Positions 27,401 to 32,000 of a stretch of 32,000 bases of DNA are shown here, piece after piece. This DNA comes from an uncultured Clostridium sp. (GTDB lineage: Bacteria > Bacillota > Clostridia > TANB77 > CAG-508). Position 1 is the stretch's first letter, and the number at the start of each line of letters is the position of its first letter. The stretch is taken from positions 12,224-44,223 of the forward strand of contig CAMMTN010000011.1 in assembly GCA_946499885.1 (NCBI GenBank). The letters run 5' to 3'. The notes under the pieces are model-generated. The model saw only the letters and a list, made by a program, of their open reading frames with translations, was not told where the DNA came from and searched no databases. The translations under genes and the position numbers were made by a program.

Positions 27401-28853
27401 AAGTTAGTTCTTCATTTTCAAAGTTTATGGCAATTTCATTAGAATGTTTTTTCACTTGTTCTTCAAATAATTCTATAATTGTTTTTTCGTAAGGATAAGC
27501 TATTTTTGTATTATTAAAAAGAGTTAATATTTGATTTTTTTCTTCAGGAGTGACAATTTCTAAATCTTTTAAACAATTTACATTATTATCAACAATTTGA
27601 CTAATCATATATAAAATACGGTTATGAATCTTTTCAATTTCGCTTTCTGTATATTTAGAAACTTTGTAGTCATAAGCAATATTTAAATTATTATCATTTA
27701 AGTCAAATAGGTGAATATCAATATCATCTGCTATACAATTATCAAAAATCCAATTACTCGTATGAGGAATTTGGTCTTGATTTTCAGTAATTTTTGTTAT
27801 TTGATAAGAAACTACAATGTTATATAAAGATGGAAGTGAAGTATTTTTTACTCTTAAATCTTCTAAAATTGTTTCATATCCGTATTTTTGATGTCTTAAT
27901 AAAGAAAGTGAGCCTTGTGCAATATTTGTAGCAAAAGTTTTAAAGTCTAAAGCATCATCTATTTGTATACGAAGTGGTAAAACATTAACAAACATACCAC
28001 AAGTATTTTTTTCTTTAAAATTAGAACGATTTAAAACAGGAGTACCTATACAAAAGTCGTTTAAATTAGACACTCTTCCTAAATAAATAGAATAAATTGC
28101 CATAAAAAAGTTAAACAACGAAATTTTATTCAAAGAAGCATATTCAGATATTTTGCACATTAAGTCTTTTGGAATAGAATATAATTTCCTATTTGCATTA
28201 ATAGAATTAGCATTATTTGCATATTGGCTAGGTATTGTAGCAATATCAGGAACTGTTTGAAATAAACTATTCCAGTACTCTTTATCCTTTTCAAATTTTT
28301 TACTGTTTCTATATTCTTTTTCAGAAATAATATAATCTATGTATGAAGGATTTTCTATATTTTCAATTTCTTGAGAATTATTATTTAGAAGATAAGAATA
28401 ATATGTGACAATTTCATTGCCCATAATTCCTAAGTTCCAAGAGTCAGAAATAATGTGATGGTTGTTAATAATAAAACCACCATGATTATTAGGAAGTTTA
28501 AACATTTTGAATTCAAATAAAAAAGAGTCTAAAAAATTAAATGGTGTATTTGCCATTTTTTGAGCCATTAAGTCCATTTCTTTTTCAGATGAAAGAGATA
28601 ATAACTCAATTTCTATAGGTTCATAATCATCAACATATTGCATAAGTTTATCATTTTGAATAATAAATTTTGTATGATATACATCATTATTTTTAATAAA
28701 CAATTGAATTGCGTTATTTAATATATCAAAATTTACTGGCTCATTAATAGTAAGTACGCCACATACATTATTAATATTTGTACCACTGTAGTAATTCTCT
28801 GTATGCCAAATAGATTTTTGAGGAGTAGTTAATTCATATAAACTTTTTTCCAT
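21420..28853 (-). CDS. Two-module non-ribosomal peptide synthetase with terminal thioester reductase (C-A-T-C-A-T-R)
   Basis: Approximate domain map in nt: C1 27552-28838 (HHIISDS), A1 26007-27488 (YTSGSTGTPKGV, GELWVGGDGIARGY, GKLDRKSLP), T1 25767-25979 (FFDIGGDSL), C2 24432-25709 (HHIISDG), A2 22911-24380 (YTSGSTGNPKGV, YGPTETT, GKIDVKSLP), T2 22662-22874 (FFEIGGDSL), R 21462-22535 (LLTGVTGFLGAHI, YVHSK). The ORF opens at TTG 28871, but ATG 28853 follows AAAGGA by 9 nt. Confidence 0.95.
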   Translation of the reverse strand: MEKSLYELTTPQKSIWHTENYYSGTNINNVCGVLTINEPVNFDILNNAIQLFIKNNDVYHTKFIIQNDKLMQYVDDYEPIEIELLSLSSEKEMDLMAQKMANTPFNFLDSFLFEFKMFKLPNNHGGFIINNHHIISDSWNLGIMGNEIVTYYSYLLNNNSQEIENIENPSYIDYIISEKEYRNSKKFEKDKEYWNSLFQTVPDIATIPSQYANNANSINANRKLYSIPKDLMCKISEYASLNKISLFNFFMAIYSIYLGRVSNLNDFCIGTPVLNRSNFKEKNTCGMFVNVLPLRIQIDDALDFKTFATNIAQGSLSLLRHQKYGYETILEDLRVKNTSLPSLYNIVVSYQITKITENQDQIPHTSNWIFDNCIADDIDIHLFDLNDNNLNIAYDYKVSKYTESEIEKIHNRILYMISQIVDNNVNCLKDLEIVTPEEKNQILTLFNNTKIAYPYEKTIIELFEEQVKKHSNEIAINFENEELTYGELNEKVNQLAHFLKLNYQIKNGDIVGLFIDKSLEMIIGMLAILKAGACFLPLDFELPVERLSYIISNSNPSLILTSHKLCEMVKILNVSYLEIDLDSSFIYGNNANKDNLEISITPEDLIYIIYTSGSTGTPKGVMVKQRNIVRLVKNPNFLSFREHEIMVQTGTIVFDACIFEIFGALLNGFKLHILPKARLMDFSYMKNFIKEKQISILFLTTGLLNQLINEDPSIFASVRYLLTGGDVISPKHIAKVISACPKVQIINCYGPTENGSYSTCYQISGNEKDGIIPIGKPISNSTCYVVSKTGTLQPIGVPGELWVGGDGIARGYINNYELTKQKFVKNPFGEGIIYKTGDQVKWLPDGNLVFLTRLDKQIKLRGYRIELEDIDTNILKYNGIKQSISILIELNNQKAICSYIIADEQINVNNLKAFVADYLPKYMIPKYILQVESLPLTISGKLDRKSLPMPAFEENRIVPARNLIDECIINKICDMFNLKQISIDSSFFDIGGDSLSAISLSTYLSTRYNLSISVKDIFEHSVIKDLSDYISSNLTNNKETITISKATKKEYYPVSSAQKRIYYASSMDTNSLLYNISGGLIFDKIPDVNKLENCIRILINRHESFRTSFTLLNDEIVQKVKNNIDFNLIVENQKDSSIEDLFKDFVKPFDLSKAPLFRTKLLNLKDNHSLLLLDMHHIISDGASLTIFIKELCDLYNEKELPEKHIDYTDFAVWEKQQFNRKEFAQARDFWLKQYKDEIPLLNMPTTYARPSVQSFEGSNYYINLNRDIFDNINNVSKKLKITPYMLMLSVFYILLSKYTSQDDIVIGTPIVGRELPELSNVLGMFVNTLALRNTVNHNASFEDFANNIRNYCLSAFKNQTYPFDELVKQLNIKRDASRNPLFDIMFIYQNNGYPEIDFKGIKSKYFIPDNNISKFDLSLEIIPFEDKLSLRFEYCTKLFDKNFIERFASHYINILNSVLKDANTKIADIDMLSEEEKKQILYNFNNTTVDYPRDKTIVDLFEKQVEETPNNIAVVFEDQKLTYRELNEKANQLARYLIENGVTNNSIVGIMLPRSLEIMVSMLAILKTGAAYLPIDPTYPKNRISYITKDSNVKLILTNDSSICFDIVDIIDVSLHTSIAYKKYDTNNLNKVISPNDLAYVIYTSGSTGNPKGVAITHKNVNNFIQGTTSKIQFEKVIVSITTICFDIFVLESILPLQKGITIVIANESEQTIPELLNQLCIKHGVTMLQTTPSKFSLLISDNSSLEYLKKLKVIMLGGEPFPYKLLQKIKGLTKAKIYNMYGPTETTVWSSIKDLTDTDNINIGTPISNTTMYILDNNLKLLPTNVPGKLYIGGDGVCKGYLNNQDLTNRRFLDNPYNNYQKIYDTGDLAKWSDNGELVYLGRSDFQVKIRGLRIELGEIEKIFLTFKGIENVKVTATKDSFDRQILCAYFISKNRIPVAELKQYLSMFLPNYMLPTYIMQIDDFKYTPNGKIDVKSLPEPNFVNTNKHIILPKTDTECKISKIWEKLLCISPISVLDNFFEIGGDSLLALKMQIVLLKENINVTYAEIFKYNTIRKLSTFIDKKMNIIDTSLDSYANYDYSNINNVLSKNNIDNLSNLTYNPIGNVLLTGVTGFLGAHILDYLIKNTDIKIYCLVRKDPSISLTDKVLNKLHFYFGNIYDNLINKRIFIINSDLTQDKLGLTDEKLFSISNNISCVINTAAVVKHYGNYSDFEAINTTSVRKLIEFCERYNKRLIQISTISVSGNTLADFAVNNNSFTSNVSFNENNLYIGQSMENVYVHSKFEAEKNILEEISKGNLNALILRIGNITNRFSDGKFQLNSSENAFANKIKAFLEISALPDYILDKYMEFSPVDYVAEAIVKSIEYLDKNISVLHIFNQNHVYIENFINLLPKKYKIDIVSDLEFRNIINNMLKNDEKKYVLSHILNDLNSDHKLIYDTPIKIENNFSQAFFHKIGFSWPIITKKYIENLIKNI

Positions 28854-28899
28854 TTTAAATGATCCTTTCAAAATATATATTCTCTACAATTACAAAAAA

Positions 28900-28928
28900 A
28901 TTATATACTTAAAAAGAATAAAAATCAA
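28900..28928 (-). promoter_or_regulatory. Candidate NRPS operon promoter
   Basis: On the minus strand: TTGATT (28928-28923), 17 nt, TATAAT (28905-28900). Confidence 0.5.
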
Positions 28929-28935
28929 CAAAATC

Positions 28936-28964
28936 TTGAAAAATTTTACATTTTATATTACAAT
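28936..28964 (+). promoter_or_regulatory. Candidate divergent promoter of the acyl-CoA synthetase gene
   Basis: TTGAAA (28936-28941), 17 nt, TACAAT (28959-28964). It lies back to back with the NRPS promoter, 7 bp apart. Confidence 0.45.
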
Positions 28965-29023
28965 ATGGTTACTGTTTAGTATAAAAATAAATATACACAA
29001 AAACAACTAATGCATCTTAGATG

Positions 29024-29071
29024 GCAATGGACATTTTCTTTCTTCATGAAGTTAAAAGAAAAGTACATTGC
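29024..29071 (+). promoter_or_regulatory. Imperfect 17-18 bp hairpin/palindrome in the acyl-CoA synthetase leader (operator or RNA structure)
   Basis: GCAATGGACATTTTCTTT (29024-29041) pairs with AAAGAAAAGTACATTGC (29055-29071). The loop contains the palindrome CTTCATGAAG. The element is GC-richer than its surroundings. Confidence 0.4.
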
Positions 29072-29130
29072 GACTAATTATAAATATTAACAATAAATAA
29101 TATTACATTTGAAAACAAGGAGGAATTTTA

Positions 29131-30822
29131 ATGGAAAAAAGATATCATGAAGAAATATCAAATTTTAGGGAATTAGTAAAAAGATATGAAAGTTTTGGAG
29201 AAAATATTGCTTTTAAGTACAAAGAAAATAAGGAGATACAAGAAATAACATATAATCAGTTTGCTAAAGATATTAAAAAAGTTGCAGAAAAAGTGTTAGC
29301 TTCAGATGTAAAAAGAGTAGCATTAATAGGAAACAATAGATATGAGTGGTGTATTACATATTTAGGTGTAACTACAGCAGGAAGAATTATTGTACCACTT
29401 GATAAAGCATTAACAGATAAGGAAATTGAAAAATTATTAAAAAGAAGCAAAGCAGATGCAATTGTATATGATGAAAAATATCAAAATGCTGTTGATGAAG
29501 CCACAGAGCAAGGCTGCAATATTAAATATAAAATATGCATGGATGATATTAAAAAAGATGGAATATTAAATTTTAAAGAGCTACTTAAAGATGGAGAAAA
29601 TATAATAAAAGAAGGAAAATCAAAATACGATGATGTAAAATTAAAAGAAAATGAAATGTATATTATGTTATTTACATCTGGTACAACAAATGAACCAAAA
29701 GCTGTTATGCTATCCCAAGAAAATATATGCAAAAACATTTCAGCATATCAATACAATTTTATGATATATCCTTCAGATACCCTACTTTCATTTTTACCAA
29801 TACACCACACATTTGAATGTAGTATAACATTTATATATGGTACATATTGTGGAGCTACAATAGCATTTTGCGAAGGACTAAAACACATAGCAAATAATTT
29901 AAAAGAATTTAAGGTATCTATTTTTGTAGCAGTTCCACTTGTACTTGAAACAATGGCTAAAAAGATTCAAAAAGCTATTGCAGATAGTGGTAAACAAGGA
30001 ATGATAGATGTAATGACAAAGATATCTAATGTTCTTTTAAAATGCAAGATAGATTTAAGAAAAAAGATATTTAAACCTGTATTAAAACAATTTGATGAAT
30101 ATTTAAGAGTTGTACTCTATGGTGCTGCACCAATGGATAAAGCTACAATACAATGGTATAACAACTTAGGCATAGAGCTAATTCAAGGATATGGACTAAC
30201 TGAAAGTTCTCCAGTTTTAACAGCAGAATCATCTGAAAGAAAAAGAGCAGGTTCTATAGGAATTCCTCTAAAAAATGTAGAAATAAAAATAGATAATCCA
30301 GATAAAGATGGAGTTGGAGAGATAATGGCAAAAGGACCTAATATAATGCTTGGATATTATGAAAATGAAGAAGCTACAAAAAAAGCATTAGAAGATGGTT
30401 GGTTACACACAGGAGATTATGGATACATAGATGAAGATGGATTTACATTTGTAACAGGAAGAAAGAGCGATATTATAGTTTTAAGAAATGGAAAGAATAT
30501 ATATCCTCAAGAGATAGAGTTTTTAATAAATAAACTACAATATGTAGATGAATGTATGGTATATTCTAGGGAAAAGACAAAAACAGATACACTTTTATGT
30601 GCAAAAATTGTGTATAACAAAGAAAATATAGTAGACCAATTTGGAGAAAAATCTGGGGAAGAATATGAAAAATTAATTTGGCAAGATATTAAAGAAATTA
30701 ACAAAGATCTTCCTACATATAAGCATATAAAGGAAATAATTGTTACAGACGAACAACTAGAAAAAACAACAACACAAAAAGTAAAAAGATATGTGGAAAT
30801 GAAGAAAATGGAAGCAAAATAA
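29131..30822 (+). CDS. Long-chain fatty acid-CoA ligase (AMP-forming acyl-CoA synthetase, FadD/FAA-type)
   Basis: Motifs MLFTSGTTNEPKAVMLSQENI, QGYGLTESSP, GEIMAKGPNIMLGYY, WLHTGDYGYIDEDGFTFVTGRKSDIIVLRNGKNIYPQEIE. RBS AAGGAGG. Confidence 0.88.
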   Translation: MEKRYHEEISNFRELVKRYESFGENIAFKYKENKEIQEITYNQFAKDIKKVAEKVLASDVKRVALIGNNRYEWCITYLGVTTAGRIIVPLDKALTDKEIEKLLKRSKADAIVYDEKYQNAVDEATEQGCNIKYKICMDDIKKDGILNFKELLKDGENIIKEGKSKYDDVKLKENEMYIMLFTSGTTNEPKAVMLSQENICKNISAYQYNFMIYPSDTLLSFLPIHHTFECSITFIYGTYCGATIAFCEGLKHIANNLKEFKVSIFVAVPLVLETMAKKIQKAIADSGKQGMIDVMTKISNVLLKCKIDLRKKIFKPVLKQFDEYLRVVLYGAAPMDKATIQWYNNLGIELIQGYGLTESSPVLTAESSERKRAGSIGIPLKNVEIKIDNPDKDGVGEIMAKGPNIMLGYYENEEATKKALEDGWLHTGDYGYIDEDGFTFVTGRKSDIIVLRNGKNIYPQEIEFLINKLQYVDECMVYSREKTKTDTLLCAKIVYNKENIVDQFGEKSGEEYEKLIWQDIKEINKDLPTYKHIKEIIVTDEQLEKTTTQKVKRYVEMKKMEAK

Positions 30823-30892
30823 ATGAATAAAATTCATTTTTTATGTGAATAATGTACATATAATATATATTGACTAAAGGAGAAAATAGAAA

Positions 30893-31030
30893 ATGAATGA
30901 TTATATAAAACAAGATAAAAAGAAAAAGCTAAAAGGAGAGTTATCAAGGGTAGGCATACTTCTTTTAGTTTTTTTGTGCTTAATTTTATCTTACATATTA
31001 TACAATAAAACTCGGAGTAAGCCAAAGTAA
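30893..31030 (+). CDS. 45-aa ORF encoding a basic N-terminus plus one TM helix; probably the detached membrane anchor of the downstream protease
   Basis: RBS AGGAG (30878-30882), ATG 30893. It reads MNDYIKQDKKKKLKGELSRVGILLLVFLCLILSYILYNKTRSKPK and ends at TAA 31028-31030. The protease frame (+1) is already open from 30984. Confidence 0.4.
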   Translation: MNDYIKQDKKKKLKGELSRVGILLLVFLCLILSYILYNKTRSKPK

Positions 31031-31064
31031 TTTAGATAATACAAATGTTGCTATAGAAAGAACT

Positions 31065-32000
31065 ATGCAAAATATAGAAGAGGTAAAAGAAAAGAATAAA
31101 ACTGTAACAGAGATGATTGCAGGTATAAATAATAGTGTTGTAGGGATTTCAAAAGTACAAAATAGTGGTACTAGCATATTTTCAGATGATAATATAACAA
31201 GCTTAGGTTTAGGTACAGGATTAATTGTTACAAAAAACGGATATATTTTAACAAATGCTCATGTTAGTGGAGAAAAGTATAGCAAATGCTATGTTACTTT
31301 AGTAGATGGAAAAACTTATGATGGAAGTGTAGTTTGGTCAAATACAGATATAGATATGTCTATTGTAAAAATAAATCAAAATAATTTGGAGGTGGCGGTT
31401 TTAGGAGATTCAGACAGTATCAAGGTAGGAGAAACTGTATATGCAATAGGAAATCCAATAGGGTATGAGTTTCAAAGGACAGTAACATCAGGGATTATAA
31501 GTGCCTTGAATAGAACAATTAAATTTGAAGAAGATGAAAATGAAACATATATGGAAGATTTAATACAGACAGATGCGACAATAAATCCAGGAAATAGCGG
31601 AGGTCCTCTTATTAATGTAGATGGAGAAGTAATTGGTATAAATGGAGTAAAAATAACATCAGCAGAAGGAATAAGTTTTGCAATACCTATAAATACAGTA
31701 AAAAGTGTTATATCAAGTTTTGAGCAAACAGGAAAATTTGAAGAAGCAAGCTTAGGAGTATTTGCTTTTGATAAAAATGTATTAGGATATATTGATGAAA
31801 ATTTAAGATTTAATCAGGGAATATATGTAGCAAAAGTAAACGCAAACTCAGCTGCAAAAGATGCAGGAATAAAAAGTGGAGATATAATACTTTCAATAGA
31901 TGGAAATAAATTAGAGAGAATGTGTGATTTAAGATGCTATATTTATACCAAAAAGCCAGGAGATAAGGTTAAATTAAAAATTCAAAGAAATTATAGAGAA
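31065..32000 (+). CDS. htrA: HtrA/DegP-family serine protease with PDZ domain (3' end outside window; first in-frame ATG at 31065, frame open from 30984)
   Basis: Catalytic triad contexts GYILTNAHV, DIDMSIVKI and GNSGGPLINVDGEVIGI. PDZ segment GIYVAKVNANSAAKDAGIKSGDIILSIDGNKL. Confidence 0.88.
   Translation, partial: MQNIEEVKEKNKTVTEMIAGINNSVVGISKVQNSGTSIFSDDNITSLGLGTGLIVTKNGYILTNAHVSGEKYSKCYVTLVDGKTYDGSVVWSNTDIDMSIVKINQNNLEVAVLGDSDSIKVGETVYAIGNPIGYEFQRTVTSGIISALNRTIKFEEDENETYMEDLIQTDATINPGNSGGPLINVDGEVIGINGVKITSAEGISFAIPINTVKSVISSFEQTGKFEEASLGVFAFDKNVLGYIDENLRFNQGIYVAKVNANSAAKDAGIKSGDIILSIDGNKLERMCDLRCYIYTKKPGDKVKLKIQRNYRE

Noticed and set aside
9039-30704. Other shadow ORFs in the track (9039-9524, 10458-10751, 12196-12378, 15493-15675, 16298-16588, 19942-20175, 22684-22992, 23757-23939, 24166-24381, 29256-29450, 29481-29738, 30507-30704, 30834-31025)
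   Set aside because: Each is nested antisense or out of frame within a much longer ORF that carries recognisable catalytic motifs. None shows a convincing RBS or a recognisable domain.
30821-30842. Hairpin AAATGAAT-aaa-ATTCATTT plus T-run as terminator of the acyl-CoA synthetase gene
   Set aside because: The 8-bp stem has a single G-C pair, which is too weak to call confidently. It may still contribute to termination before the htrA-like promoter (TATAAT at 30859-30864).

Overview
This window is the replication-origin region of a very AT-rich, low-GC Gram-positive (Clostridia-like) chromosome. The + strand carries the dnaA 3' end, oriC (DnaA boxes, a (CTA)6 DnaA-trio and an AT-only stretch), dnaN, recF, remB/DUF370, gyrB and gyrA. 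The normally adjacent gyrB-gyrA pair is separated by a ~5.7 kb extremely AT-rich insert. That insert encodes a VirB4-family conjugation ATPase split into two cistrons by a 1.1 kb ORF-free A-rich spacer, a CpaE/TadZ-like pseudo-receiver/ParA-type ATPase, and a 239-aa unknown protein. Downstream of gyrA, a ~15 kb minus-strand (head-on) block begins with a DnaI/DnaC-like helicase loader and a DnaD/DnaB-like protein that have their own promoter. Next comes the rest of a type IV secretion (T4SS) gene set: VirB3/PrgI-like, VirB6/TrbL-like and VirB2-like proteins, and a VirD4 coupling protein whose 5' end lacks a canonical start and carries an in-frame stop. The block ends with an operon of a two-module NRPS (C-A-T-C-A-T-R, predicted N-acyl-Xaa-Gly aldehyde or alcohol) abutted to an orphan 7TM-PAS histidine kinase. 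A divergent long-chain acyl-CoA synthetase and an HtrA-like protease, whose membrane anchor lies in a different frame, close the window. I recognised no rRNA, tRNA, CRISPR array, integrase, transposase or relaxase. The most interesting items are the relaxase-less T4SS split into two convergent halves around gyrA at the origin, the split VirB4 with its purine-rich spacer, and the NRPS-reductase/orphan-kinase operon. All family assignments rest on motif recognition by eye and need HMM or BLAST confirmation.
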